64,000 nucleotides of DNA, taken from positions 10,974,001 through 11,038,000 of the forward strand of contig CM102286.1 of the NCBI GenBank assembly GCA_046563655.1, given 5' to 3'. Numbering within the stretch: position 1 is the stretch's first letter; each line of letters opens with the position of its first letter. The position numbers were made by a program, and so were the translations under genes. Origin of the DNA: Yuukianura sp. NJ FZ-2021. Its lineage: Eukaryota. The notes under the pieces are model-generated. The model did not search any database. It saw only the letters and a list, made by a program, of their open reading frames with translations, and was not told the DNA's origin. Shown here in pieces: positions 26,978 to 40,557 of the stretch.

Positions 26978-27828
26978 CGTTACTACGATGACACTCAGCA
27001 AATAATTGAATTCTTCGATGAAATAATATTTACTGCCACTTTGGGATTTATCGCAATCTAGATAATGAGAAAACTTAAATTACGATTTTGTAAAATTCGA
27101 TTGTTTCGATTCTAAATAAAATCTCAAATAAAACTACTATCAGAGAGTTAGCAGGAGGAACATAGATGAGTGCCTTCGATGTTGAAGGCAATTTCTAGTT
27201 CTAGCTGAAAGCTTGATGGTGTTCACTGACCATCTAAACGTGAATTCGAAAAAGTTTGTTTCCAATTTGATTAGGAATACACCCTAAGAAAGTACAGAAA
27301 TATTGTTCACGAATTAAAATGGTTGTAGTTATCCAATCAACATGTAATATTTATAGTAGTTCGATGACATTTTTCGCAAAAAATATCAATAAATTTGGTG
27401 AGGCAAATGACTTTAGTCACTTCATCCCATTTGCTCAAACTTGTGCTTGAAAACAAAATCTTATAAGTAAAACCTTATTAGTAAATTTGTCTTTAAGTTG
27501 CGCAACACAAAAAGTTGGACTAATGTGGACTTCTGTGACATCAAAGTATCAGATTTTGCATCAGCATGTTATTAGAATTTAAAAGACAAACGTCTCTTGG
27601 AATTGATCATTTCTCAATAAAATTTAAATTAATTGCTTGAAGATTATATACTTCTCTGAAATATGAAAGTTTAGTTAAATTACGTTTAGCGCTTCTACTT
27701 TATATAATTGTTTTTTTGGCAGTAGCAACCAACCTATACTTAAAAAAATCACTTTTACAATGAATAGTAGTCATTTCAGTTTTTATTACTTCTCGCATTA
27801 CTAAATTTACTGCTAAACAACTGTTGAC

Positions 27829-29718
27829 TCAAAACGCCCGCGGTAGTGAACCAATAATTAATTTTTCTGCAATCCATGAAACAGTCGCACAGGAAAGCCC
27901 GACAATCCACAAGCAAAAAATCCCAAAGAAACTCCGGAGATTGAGTCCTTTGCTGCCAATTTCTACAAAATTTTGAATTTCCTTCAATTTTTTGGCTACT
28001 GTTGAGTTAGGTGTAGTTCTGAGATGTCGCGATCCTTCAATTCTCTTTCTACGTTCATCAGAAGCTATCCAATGCGCATGAAGTCCTGCTGCGCATGATC
28101 TCCCAATAATTGCTGAAAAGTCTGCGCGAATAGGGTAGCCTTTCCGAAAGGCCCACACAATTCCAATGGCATAGTCAGTGTCATCACTACGTCGAAATGC
28201 CATCGGACTTTGAGACGACACGAGTGACATATTTTCAGCAAGACTAAACTCTCCTGCTTCAATGTAGTCTAGGCAAGCAGAGGAATCAGTCATTAGGGCT
28301 AATGTGATACACTCCGCTGAAGAGTTGACAAGATGAATACGTTTAAAAATGGCTTGATGAGTGGGCTTTTTTGAATTTTTGGTGTAATGATACACCCCAC
28401 CGCCATAGAATCGGAAGAACAGCTTATAGTTGGAGAATGCAAGTTCGGGATGTGTCTTCGGAAGGTTCACGACATCTTCCGGATTCGATAAGGATGAAAT
28501 TAGTTTTGAGCGATAGGCGGTTCCTATGAGAAGGGAAAAGGCGGCCCAAAGACAAAGAAGGGCGCGAAACTGTTTTCGCGGCCACTGAATTAGGCTAGTT
28601 GCTTGATCAAGCAGGATTTTCAAAACTCCGGCCAATGCATTTGAGACTTTTTTAAAATTTGCACCACGACGAGCCGAGATGGGATTGCATGGGCTCAAGC
28701 GGTAGTTGTAATGAAAGAGCACATGCGCAATGACCAAACTGCAGTAAATGAAAGTTGTGAACAAGATGGCGCCCCATAAAGTAGGATTGAATGGGCGGTA
28801 GACTGCGCTCCAGGAAAATCCTTTCGGAGAAACTCTAACGTAGAACACACGACGGTAGATATCGTAGGTCGTACTGTAGTCAACGATGACGTCACGCCAA
28901 TCCAGTGCTCCAATCATAACTCCAAATTCGGCTTTCCCGCTGACAATTTCTCCGATTGCTCCATTCCAAGTTCCATTTTTCAATTTCCACCCAGACCCTT
29001 CTTTACTCGAAGAAAGTCGCAACGTAAAATTGAATTGGGTTGCAGAGAAACGCAACATTTCAAAGATACTCCCTTGACCGTGAATCAAATTTTCGCGGTC
29101 GTCGTTCTGAAACCGTAATCTCTCTGGAGTTGGAGTACTTGACACTAAAATTGTTTTACCACTCAAATGACCTCCGCAGAGTCGTCCATTATCCAAGCAA
29201 CTGTGGTTCAAAATTTGAAAATTTCCTTCCGCCCCAACCGTTACCCGCCAACGGTATCGAAAATGGGACCAAAACGTGTCGCTTTTAGCCCCACACATAT
29301 CGTCTCTTGTCAATACTTGAACAAATTGATCTACTTCTTTCCGAATAAGTCGTCTGAGCAATAGCATACTTATAAAATTTTCTGCGTATTCGCAATTGGA
29401 TAGTGGTGATGAAGGTGTCAGCACAATGGAACAGAAACCGCTGTACTTTTTGTTGAAAAAACGATATGAGTTGATGACTTCAGCTTCGGTAAATTCTCGA
29501 GCAAAGTCTGCAATTGAAGTATTTGAACTTGGAAATTCTTTGATCAATATTTTTGTTACTAATTTAAGGTCAATGACCGCAAGGTGAACTGCGTCAAAAT
29601 CTCCATGTGTGGTAACAATCCACGTGTTATTACAAGTGGAGTCGAATTGAAATGGAAAGGCATGTACAAATACGCAGAGTGGAAACAAATTAAGCCAATG
29701 AATGTTTTGCCACTGCAT
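27829..29718 (-). CDS. Divergent ionotropic receptor (IR/iGluR family), intronless
   Basis: Signal-like MQWQNIHWLNLFPLCVFVHA. S1 GWKLKNGTWNGAIGEIVSGKAEFG, RDVIVDYS. M1 YRPFNPTLWGAIL. M3 LWAAFSLLIGTAYRSKLISSL. C-terminal TM LNLRSFFGIFCLW. Confidence 0.9.
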   Translation of the reverse strand: MQWQNIHWLNLFPLCVFVHAFPFQFDSTCNNTWIVTTHGDFDAVHLAVIDLKLVTKILIKEFPSSNTSIADFAREFTEAEVINSYRFFNKKYSGFCSIVLTPSSPLSNCEYAENFISMLLLRRLIRKEVDQFVQVLTRDDMCGAKSDTFWSHFRYRWRVTVGAEGNFQILNHSCLDNGRLCGGHLSGKTILVSSTPTPERLRFQNDDRENLIHGQGSIFEMLRFSATQFNFTLRLSSSKEGSGWKLKNGTWNGAIGEIVSGKAEFGVMIGALDWRDVIVDYSTTYDIYRRVFYVRVSPKGFSWSAVYRPFNPTLWGAILFTTFIYCSLVIAHVLFHYNYRLSPCNPISARRGANFKKVSNALAGVLKILLDQATSLIQWPRKQFRALLCLWAAFSLLIGTAYRSKLISSLSNPEDVVNLPKTHPELAFSNYKLFFRFYGGGVYHYTKNSKKPTHQAIFKRIHLVNSSAECITLALMTDSSACLDYIEAGEFSLAENMSLVSSQSPMAFRRSDDTDYAIGIVWAFRKGYPIRADFSAIIGRSCAAGLHAHWIASDERRKRIEGSRHLRTTPNSTVAKKLKEIQNFVEIGSKGLNLRSFFGIFCLWIVGLSCATVSWIAEKLIIGSLPRAF

Positions 29719-30966
29719 ATCTTGACTTACTAACAAATAAAAGCAAAATTTTTTCTGAAACTTTTGTCTAGTAGCCGGACACTTATCAAAAGAGTTATTA
29801 TAGTTATAGTTGACAGTTGTCAATTCCGATAGTAACAAAATTACACGGAAAACTTTCAATTTTATCGTACACGTAATTGTTGAGTTGTTACAGCACAACC
29901 CAAAAGACACGCTCCGCAAGCCAAAGTGACAGATTGTCAATTGACAACCCCAAACGGAATCGATTATCGCAATGCATTCAATTCACTGGCATAAACAGCT
30001 TTACCATTTTCCAACACTACTCAATTAATCTATTGTACTAATGGGCTCCTGTCATTCCGCAATCGATTATAGTTGCAGACTATATAGTTCGTTTATTCTT
30101 AAGATTTTGAAAAATCAACAACATTTCTTCTCTCATATAAAGTACCGTGGTCGAAGGGACTTCCCCTCGATCCGAAATTCGAACTTCCACGTGGAAACGT
30201 GGAATTCAAAAAAAAAAAATTTATTTTTAAACTTAAAGCTGGACGAAAGTCCTTTCGGTTGATGGGAGTGATCCCATTTTTGCGTGTTGGGTTGCGCAAT
30301 ACTTCCGAGGTCTTGGGAACAAAAAATTTCCAAAGTTGGACTTGATATTTTCAAACAATTCGTGTCTCTTACCTTATGGTGGATACGGTTTTTGAATTTC
30401 ACGCGAACGCTACAATGAAACCCACCATAACGTAATTCTACCATTCATGGCGACATTTTGGTGTTAGACCCGAGGCATCAGGTTCTCTTGAAAAATTTTA
30501 AACTTTGGTATGAACTCATACAATAATTCATGTTTCTCAAATATAGGTTCTTCGATTTAAAAATTTTTAAGATTGAATTATGAAGTTTTGGAAAAATATA
30601 AAATTAAAAAAACGAAGCTGAGACGAACTGAAATTCTAAAACCTCCAAAAAATTCTGAAAACAATGGTGGCAATTTTTGAATCCGTTACAATGGGAATGT
30701 TTAGTTTGAAAGTTTGCAGGCGATCTTTTAAAAAGAAATAGTCGTTATAGCTAGAGTTATTATTACTAGGACGATTGAACGTGCATCGGGCTAAGCCCCA
30801 GCAAGCATACGAATCATACTGTAACTCATCTATATGGAATATTAAATGAATCATAAAAAATTTAGGGATTTTTTAATTAGGGATTAAATTAGGGATTTAA
30901 AAAAAAAACTTTATTTAGAAAAAACTCTTTTGGCTGGAGTTTTGTATACGAAAACTCTACTACCAT

Positions 30967-31717
30967 CTAAACTGCGACACCTCCTAAGAGAGGCTCGTAT
31001 TCGGCTTTAATTTCTTGAATAAATTTGAAAACAATGTAAATGACAAGCACTCGAATGACAAGGGTCAAGCAACTGGCGAGAGTCGACCAAAACACAAACG
31101 TGCCAAAAACCAATTTCAAAACGAGTGTAATAAGTTGGAAACTCCACAGGAATAGACTTGTACAGAGCCACGCAAATACCAACTTGTGGTTACGCTGAAA
31201 AACAATAATCCCAATTTCAAAATAATCTTTGTTAAAATTTGAAACATAAAAGTTTCGTTTAGCTTTGAAATTCTACCTTGCTTGCTCCACTCCTTAGAAC
31301 TATGCCCATAACAAAACGAAGCACGCTGTTTGCTATTAGAAGGTACAAGAGATTTATTGTCCAGGTATCTGTTCAAACAACGCAAAGATGTGACTTGTCA
31401 AATGCCGATTTAAAAAAAAAAAAACAAATGAATTTTTTGTTTTTATCAATATTTTACTTTCTGTGGTTTCAACGGGAGTCACTTCTGTGTCGTTAATAAT
31501 CTCTTCATTCAGTGCAAGTAAATCCGCGACAGAAGAGGAGATTCCTATTATTGCCAGGATCTAAAATAAAAATCAAGTTTTGACTTTGTGTTTTGAAAGT
31601 AGTAAAGTTTTTTAAACAGATTTTTTGAACAGTTTTTAAAAAACAAGAACGTTTACTAACAATGTCGACCATCCCTGCCCGCATGGCCCTTTGTTCCGGC
31701 GTGAGTCTACGGCACAT
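30967..31717 (-). CDS. Small four-TM membrane protein of unknown function
   Basis: Four exons: MCRRLTPEQRAMRAGMVDI | ILAIIGISSSV... | TWTINLLYLLIANSVLRFVMGIVLRSGASK | RNHKLVFAWLCTSLFLW...VIYIVFKFIQEIK. Hydrophobic segments with GT/AG boundaries. Confidence 0.7.
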
Positions 31718-32740
31718 TTTTGAATCGGCGAACAAGGCAAAATGTCAAAATTCAAAATATATTTCCGAAATACTTTTATGTTTTTTAAAACTTAATTCCC
31801 AAATGCAGAGTTGCTTCCAACGTTTCAAGTTCGGTCTGACTCACACCACAATGCAAAATTTTGTGAATCGTGAATCAAGTTCACACTTTTTTACCACTTA
31901 CCAAGAATGCTATCTTATCACAAATTGAGAATACATGATAGCCGTACACTCACCATACTAACATCGATAATCGCTAAAAGAACAATTCAAAGAAGCTTGT
32001 GCCTTGAACACGGTCATCATCACATGTCACCAAAATCAATATGAAGTGATTCTTACACAAACGAGGGTCAAAAGGTCAAGCCCAGTAATTATCAAAATGC
32101 ATTTCCGACGAACAATCCTGCAAATTAATCGTAAGTAATGTGTTGCGCAACGTGACAAGCTGATGTTTATATTTTGTTTTTGCATCTGAACATAACCATG
32201 CGGCAGTGACTGAGACAGACAGTGGAAGATTTTTGTAAATCATTCATCTAACTTGGGGCTAACTTCAGTTAAGTGATGATGCCGTGTTGTTAGCACGAAA
32301 TAGTTATTTATGTTAATGTGTGACGACACGATGTTAATAGACGCTAGAATCAATTTAAACGGAGGACTACATATGTAGTGTAAATATATGTCAATTTCAA
32401 TTTCAATTTCAATTTAATTTACAGAAACTTCGTTGCACTTCCTGTGTAGTGAACAATTTGTAGATATTTATTAGATAGTGAACGTTATGTCCTGTATAAT
32501 TAAGTTCATATTTTTTACAATTAACTATAGTTAATTGTAAAAAAAAGTTGTTCTTTTTAGGGAGAAAGAGTGAATGTAATTAAGTAATTAATTAATGTCA
32601 CAACTTCCGGAAACAAACCTATATCTAATGAAATCGTGAATTTATATCGGTCCAATAATTGTCTAAATTGAATTAAACTTGAGCTATAATTTTTCAAATT
32701 TTGAATCTGGTCAATTTGAAAATAAAGCGTGAAATATATT

Positions 32741-33950
32741 TTATTGCCTACTGGTTATGTTTAGTGGTTTAGCCGTGGCTTGATTGACGCAGGAGATGTG
32801 CGTTTTGTTACCTCCCGCAGTACATACGAATCCAGCAGGGTTAAACGGTGTAAATAATTGCCTCGGAAGGAGCGCTTTCGTGATGTATGCGGCTCTGTCA
32901 ATGCAGGCGAGCTTCACCGACCCCATTTCTTTCCGTGTTGGCGGTCGACATACTAATGGATTTGGATTCCGCGCAGTCTCGTTGAAACTTGAGGTCTTGT
33001 GTAAAAGAAAAATTAAAACAGGTTTTTTTGTGAAGAAGCGTTCGTTGCTTTACAACGCTTTTACCTGGAAATATGAAAATCCACAGGCTCTGTCACAGAA
33101 AGAAGTACAGTTGCTATCAATGTCGAAACATGTTTTGAAAATGCCGTGCTTCATGTTTTCTTGATGCGTCAAAATCTGGTCACAATCCTTCATTTGGACA
33201 CAACCCGACTTGGCTTTGGTAGGCATCTGTTTAATTACAAAATTACAAATTATTTTCTAAATGTTTTTTAAAAAATTTGAATAAAGAAGATTCATATTAC
33301 AACTTGTTCTCCTTTAGCTAGCTTTACGACTAGCTTTGTTTCGACTACTGTGCCACTACAAGTAAAGTAATTCCGTTTCTTTTTGTACAGGGTTTTGCGG
33401 TAGTAGATCTCTTCTAGTTCAAAGAAGAATTTCGGATATTGTGACGTAATATAACTGGCTCCAGAACTGCATTTACCAAGCAACTCTCTCGTCGGCCGAA
33501 TCTTCGTACACTTTGGGCCAGGCGGGTCCGTTAGATTTGCCCAGTAGGTAATTGTAATTGCCTGCAAACAAAATTGGGTATTTGTTGTCTTCTTTCTGGT
33601 TTTCAGTTTAAATTGTTTTCCAACCTTTCAACCGCAGTAGAGGATATAATTTGAAGAAGGCTTACTTTGAGGTATCCGATGAAACATACACCGTTTGTAG
33701 TTTCATTGCTGCAAAAGCCCTTGATCGAATCGTTTTAGATGTCGTCCATGTTCAGAATCTCTTCGCAGTCGTCAGGAGTTGAACATTTCAGGGAAAATAG
33801 GAGAGTACAAATATAAAATGTCTAATAAGAAGAATTAAACATTTACATTTGACTGAAGAGTTTTCTTACGTCCTCGGTTAAACCTTGTATTCCTTTTATT
33901 TCGGTGGTCAAAAGCAAAAACCAACCGACAAAAATCAACTGAAACCTCAT
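32741..33950 (-). pseudogene. Secreted Cys-rich protein with two internal repeats; in-frame stop in exon 2
   Basis: Signal exon 33950-33870 (MRFQLIFVGWFLLLTTEIKG), then four exons. TAA at 33735-33737 interrupts KCSTPDDCEEILNMDDI*NDSIKGFC. Homologous to 37249-37908. Confidence 0.65.
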
Positions 33951-34288
33951 CTTGTAGTGGTGAAAGTGATTCTGCACACTTATTCCAAAAGTTTTTTTTT
34001 TTTGCTTGAACTTTTGGAAGAAGACGTACCTTCACGAAGCATAAAATTGAACTGGTTAGGGTATAAGAAAGTCGATATTTATATATCCCAAATTGGGACA
34101 ACGTCTAAAATCGAATTTGGGCTTCTGAATTTTTTTTTAGGACAAGACCCATTTGGCAAGAATAAATAATTTTCTGCTGATTTGGAATTAAGACCGATTT
34201 TATTGTTCTAGGTTGAGATGTGACATAGTGACCAAGGTTCCTTCTTCATCAAAGTTTTGGAAACGAAAATGAAATAATGAAATTTTTT

Positions 34289-36891
34289 TTAGTAAACTGA
34301 AACTCCAACATTGTTGCAAACTTCCTCTGATTCTATTGGTGGAAATTGGTAGACTTGTTTTGCAATTTCTTCATCTTCGATAAAGGTCATGCCCAGTCCA
34401 GCTTCCAAATGCTGATTGAATAGAACAAAACATTGGTTGAAATGTAATTTTTTTTTAAATTCAGTCAAGCATACCCAATTAATGTGACAGTGGAAGAACC
34501 AGGCGCCAGGGTTGTCTGTAGTGTACGTAAATACTGCCCATGAATTTCCCAGGGTAAAAGTTGTATCTCGTCTCACTCCATCTGGCGTCAACTTTGATTC
34601 GTCTCTGCTAGAAATGAATGCTCCTGCTTCGGCAGCTCCAGTTCCAAGCACCCAAAAAGAATGGCCTTCAAATTATGAAAAATTATTCTTGTACTTTTCA
34701 AACTTTGAAAAGGAAATTCTAACAAATTCCTTCTGTAGCAGTATCTTACCGTGGAGGTGCCAGGGATGCGGCAGCGGATGATAATTGTTAATGACAACGC
34801 GAATCACCTAAAAATTAAAATTCAAATGTAGATAAAAGTGGCATGAACTATTTACAGAAATTTACTTCTCGTTGCTTTGGGGTGCGGATGGGTCTTGCCG
34901 AGCTTGGAATTTGTTGGTTGTTGATTAGTTGAAAAAGAACTGGGCTTTTGTTCACACTGGCCGGAACAAACGGTTGACCATTCATGCACATGCGCGAAGG
35001 ACTTCCAGCGATTGGACAGTCTGTTACATTGATGGTAATGAGTCGGTCATATTTCGTAGGCGCTTTTCCTTCTACTCCAAATTGCAATGGTGGGCATTGC
35101 ATGTCGTCGAGCAAAGTAGCTGTAGAAGCACTGACAGGAGTAGATGTTGGAAGTCGAGTCTTTTTGACCAACTGCGCATGCTCTTCATCCAGTTTCTTTT
35201 GTAAATTAGTATCAATTTGTGGCGGTTTTTTTGGAAAGAATTTGTCCAAATCCTCTATTGTGTCGGGAGTGATGCCACCAGCTTGGATGATATCGTCCCA
35301 CGGAACGTCTTGGAAATCGGGTCGACCTTGAGCCACTCCGGAAGGAGGGTCATCACGCCCAGGACGTACTGCCCCAGTTGTTACCGACGAAGATGATGAT
35401 GCACTGGCTGCTCCCGATGCCGAAGCAGTGGCTCGACCTTGACGTTTACCGCCACCCTTTCCTTTTGCGTTACCTTTGTTGTCACGTATAGGGTTAGCAT
35501 AGTTGAGTTACACTTTATCATTTTTATTGTTACTTTTAGTGGTTACCTTTTGGTTTAGTTGTAGGTTTCGGTGTAGGGTTTGCAGGGTTTGGCTGGGGAT
35601 TGTCGTTTGACGCAGTTGAATTGCTTGTGTTCGACGTGTACCGCAAAACAGCTCGACCCAAAAGTCCAGCTGATCCTACCGGTATCCCAGAAATTCGGAT
35701 CCAATACTCGTTGCGGGGTTGATCCATCGTAACCAGGATTGAGTACCTCTGTGCTGCTAGAATCGGAATGACATCTACCGCTGGACTTTTGAAAGTGTCA
35801 ACTCCATCCGTTTCAATGACAACCATCTTGTGCCCATCTATGCTAAAGTTGTAGGTTCTTGCGCCAGAGGAATTCAAAATTCGAAACCGGTAGCGTTTTC
35901 CACGCGTGACTTCAACTACAGCTGGACCTTGCATTGTACTGTTACAAGTTTGACCTTTCTCAACCGTTGAACAGTTGAACGTACCGCGAGCGTTGATGAG
36001 TGACGAGTTTGTGTCAGGAAAAATTCCTTGCTTTAGGTACACTTCGCTGACATCCTTAGCTGGACGGTGAATCCAATCGTTGATGGAGATTAGCCGTTCA
36101 TCGTCGTACGAATTTTGCCAACATTCCGCTGGCGAGTTTTTGATAATCAGGAAACCCCAAGCTCCGTCGACGTACTGGTAGGAATGATGAGAATGGTACC
36201 TGAAACCATGGTAAAAAAAAAACGGCGCTAGTTTTGAATTTTAGAATTGTAGTTTTGAAGTTGTTTTTACCAGTATGTCCCAGCTTGGAACACTTGAAAC
36301 TTGTAAATCATAGATGTGTGTTTTATAACAGGGCATTGCGTGATGGACTGTGGACCGTCATAGAATGGTGACAAGTTTTGTTGAATCCCGTGCCAGTGGA
36401 TAGACGTTGGTTCATCTTTGTCTGGAATGTCATTCGTCACACGTACCAGCATGGTTTTACCTACTGTGCATCGCAGGACAGGCCCAGGGAATTGTCCATT
36501 GAACCCAATTATTCGTTTCTGGACCCCATCGGGTGAACCATTGATGTATTGCATACGTATATCATAAATGCAGAGGTCATCTGACTCTGAAATGTCATAA
36601 AAACGCGCCACTGTATCAAAATTCGGTTTCTAATATTTGATGTTTCAACCTACCGAAACCGATAGTGTTGTTGTCGCTAGCATTGACGATACTGACACTG
36701 CCAGTGGTGGTAACGTTCTTGCTTGGAGCAGATAGACTTGGTACCTTGATGTTGCTCAAGCTGTGGTTCAGCTTGGCCCAGCTTTTCCAAAATTCAGTGT
36801 TGCGTGCTTGCCCGGAAGTGGAAGACTGAAAAAATTTAGCAGTTGTCGTCGAAAACAAGAGGAAAACCAGAACAGTTGAACGGAACACCAT
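34289..36891 (-). CDS. Secreted three-domain multicopper oxidase (laccase-like)
   Basis: Signal peptide plus all four Cu-binding motifs across introns: SIHWHG, GTYW|YHSH, HPWHLHG|H, DNPGAWFFHCHINW|HLEAGL. Low-complexity linker between domains 2 and 3. Confidence 0.93.
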
Positions 36892-37248
36892 TTTCGAGGA
36901 AACAAAAAATCTAACTGATCGAATTTTCACAAGTTTTGACCAAAAAATGAAGCTTTTAGCTGCAGCATATTTAAAATTCAATTATTTGGAGAACCAGCAG
37001 CTGTATATGGTTTTTGCTGCATCCTTTTTGACGCTATCACGCTTATGTACATTTCCCAACAGGATCATCATACTTAAGACAAACTAATTACCGTATTACA
37101 TGTCATAGAATCAGAATAACGAGATCATCAACCAGCCAAATTAGTTTTCAAGGTGAAATGTATTTTTCGTAAATAGGAAAGTTATATTATAATATTCACA
37201 TATTGAAATATTATAATGGGTTTGTTGAGAAGGGCACGTTTGTTACGT

Positions 37249-37908
37249 TTAGGCTGTTTCCTTCTCAATCCCTTCTCCGGAACATGCGAAGTACGTTCGG
37301 TTTTTATCAATTTGATTTTGACACGAGTAGGCATCTCCAAATCGGGCTGCAAACATTGGAAATCGTTGAAGGACTTCTTCTACTGCTTCGCTGCAACGTT
37401 TGAAATTGTTGGTGTCTTTTGGCAATTTAGTACACCAGGGCGCGACTGGATCCTGCAGCTTTGCCGCCAAGTTATAAGATGGAGCCTGAGAAATTAATTT
37501 GTTTCGTTTGGGTTAAATAAATGAGAAAATAAATGAGATTAAATAAATGAGAAAAAAAAGATTTTCACAGTGATGTAGCCAATGAGGCAAGTTCCAGGAA
37601 AATTCTTGGCAGTGCAGAAAACCTTGATGGATTCATTTTCCTTGTCTGCATCTCCGAGAATCTCTACGCATTCTGCAAACATCTCGCATTTCTATCGGTT
37701 TAGAATTCACCAATGAAGAAATATTGAAACATGAAATAATGATTATCTACGCTGGAAGTGTTATATGTTATTCTGCTCTTTGCTTGATGTAACCAAGTTA
37801 CTGGAAAAAATTTATTGAAAACATAATTACCGTATCAGCAGCAGTCACGGAAGAGGTGCAAATGTTGCTGAGAATAAAGCACGCTAAGTAATACAGAAAA
37901 ATATCCAT
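37249..37908 (-). CDS. Small secreted Cys-rich protein, single-domain paralog of 32741-33950
   Basis: Three exons: signal MDIFLYYLACFILSNICTSSVTA; KCEMFAECVEIL...SIKVFC...CLIGY; ...DPVAPWCTK...RTYFACSG. Confidence 0.75.
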
Positions 37909-38684
37909 AGGTTTGAATTTATTTCTTCAAAAGTTTGTTGAATACTGTGGCAATATTTTCAAAGCGCATTTGAGATATGAGGAGGAGAAATGTTATTCCA
38001 CATCCAATAAATTATGACGGCATTGATTCGGTAAAAGAGGTCATAAGCATTTGAATTTTAAAGTTAACCTAAATATAATCTTACAAATTTTCAGGTCGAG
38101 CTTTGAATTTAAACAAAAAGACACGTCGGAAGTTTTTTCCAGATTTTCAAAAAAGCGGTATTTACTATGATATATTTTCTATTACATTTATTTTAATTTT
38201 TGCTAAAAAATTTGCAATTTATATTTTTATAATTAGGGATACGATACAAAGTGTTTCACTGTTCCGCGAGTGCAAATGAATTCGGCAGGGTTGAATGATT
38301 CGTAGAATTGCTTGTTTGTCAAACCGTCGGTGCATGCTGCTTTGAACTTTGCCGAGGCCTCCTTGTATTTTGGTGTTTATTCAGTTCGGTGTTCAGGATT
38401 TGGATTCGGCGCAAACTAATCGTTATTTAAAAAAAACTTATTCGAAATCCAATATTTACCAATTCAAAATACCGGCTAATTTTGTTGTAAAAATAAAATA
38501 AGTTTCTAAAAATTAACAATTTCTGCCAATTATATTTTAGTACTCTGACAACGCGAAAGAGTACCTCCTAACGTTTCAAAACAGAACCTGCAATTTCTAG
38601 TTTATAATATGGTTGTGTGCCTTCTGAGTTCACAAATTTCAAAATTGGTACGAACTTTTTTTTATCAAAATTCCGAGATACAGC

Positions 38685-40557
38685 ATGAAAAGTAATGGAT
38701 GTTTCCAATGGCTAAGGAATGTTTGGGCACCCAAGCGAGTCATTGCTGCAGGATCCCTCTACGACATTTTTCTGGAAGAGAAAGATCGACATCAAACCCA
38801 GTTGTTGGACACAGCTTTGGCTGAGTTGCAGATCATGAGAAATGACGTCTATGAGTCACATGAAACCGTGATGGAAGTGTGTGCCATGTTCAAGTACGCT
38901 CTCTGGGATGCCCTGCGTCACTTAAATTGGAATCAAAGTCAAATGTACAGCGTTATGAGCACTGTGGTTGGACGATGCAGCAACACACACAATGTAAATG
39001 TAGTTGACCGTGCACAGGCATCTGAACGGATCCAACTGGCAGACACGTTGAAAACTTCCGTTGACTTCGTCCGTTCTGTTGATTCCTCGGACCCTACAGC
39101 AGGTCAGCGTATTGTGAGTGGGTATTTAATGCCAATCAACGACGAGTTTCAAAAAATGGCCAAAATTATGGACAAATTGTGCGACCTGTTCAAGTCCAAC
39201 TTGGAATATGTGACACCAGTATTGCAGAGCCAAAGTTTAAAAGTTTCTGTGGTGGAGTCTGAAAATTTGGAGCGACGACCCAAAAATCACAGACTTTGCA
39301 TGAGAAAGGGAAAAAGATTATACAAAAATTCATCAGAATCACTTTACGGTAATAAAAAAAAATCCAATTCAACAATTTGAAAAACACACCCAGCATCTTC
39401 AAAGAATTTTTTTTTCAATTGTTTACCAGATCCCACTTACTCTACCGTAGTGAGCGAAAGATCAACTTCGGCTATGGCCTGGACGTTATCCGCTGCCACT
39501 GATCCTGATCAGCCTGTCGCAGGTCCTTCAAAATTCTGGTCCAAAGCAATTTCGAGACTTGGTAGACTCTGTATTTGTTTTCGAAAAAACACACAGAAAG
39601 ATCCATCTTCTCAAGCCATCGTCGTCAAACCTGTTCTGCAAAATGACAAACCGACGGAATCCGAACACCATCAAGCTGGAGCCATTTTCCTCCCACGTGA
39701 AGAAAGCGTAGTTACGAAATTGTCCAAAGAAGTTTTAGCAAACAAAAATGCCAATGCATTGCCTTCACATCAACTTCAAGTCGCTCCTATCTCCACAAAC
39801 GCACAACAAGGCTATTTTGAAAGTAAGAACTAATTCGCTTAATTTTTTGAATCAGAAAATAAGTAGAAGCTAAACGTTCTTTAAGATTCATGGTTTTCAT
39901 TAATATATGGCTTTCAGCTCCGAACGGGAATTTAAACTGTAACGAAGAGCAGAACCAATTAGTGACAGTAAGCTTTACAGGTACGCCAAACCACTTTTTA
40001 GTGAAAATTTCATGAAAACTTATTAAAATTTGTGAAATATTTAAATCAGGCAGTTTATTATTTAATTTAATTTAGACTTCGACTTCAAAGATAAGCCTAC
40101 AACCCTAACCAGTGAAGACCTCAATCTTGCCAATACTGAAGAATCGTCAGGCTCAAGTTGCCTTAACCCACTGAGCGACATTTTGGTCCCTCTAAACCAA
40201 GTCACAAAAACGATTTTTGCCATCTCTAAAATTATTTCTGAAGTTGATGAAAAGCACTCTGCAGTGCCGGTTCGCTTTATCAACTTCAAGGCTCAAAGGA
40301 ATGCTACTCGGTCAATGACCTTTGATCATCTCTTGAAACACATACTGCAGAGTGTGCAAAAGATTGAAAAAGTTGCTTTTCCGAAGATCTACGATGAAGA
40401 AGAGTCTGTCGTACGTTCTGGTATTGAGCACCTCTTCCTGGAAATACTGAAATGTTCTGAACTCTTCATAAGTTTCTCAACCATGCTTCGAACAGTTGAA
40501 GCCCCGCTTCGTGACTTTAACTTTTCCATGACGGCGACTTCTCAAATTTCCACTTAA
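38685..40557 (+). CDS. Uncharacterised ~533-aa protein
   Basis: Exons 38685-39348, 39430-39822, 39918-39980, 40076-40557 join in frame (1602 nt) with GT/AG. No family recognised. Confidence 0.7.

Noticed and set aside
30090..30575. Possible MITE upstream of the IR gene
   Set aside because: Terminal inverted similarity is weak and AT-rich, and there is no clear TSD.
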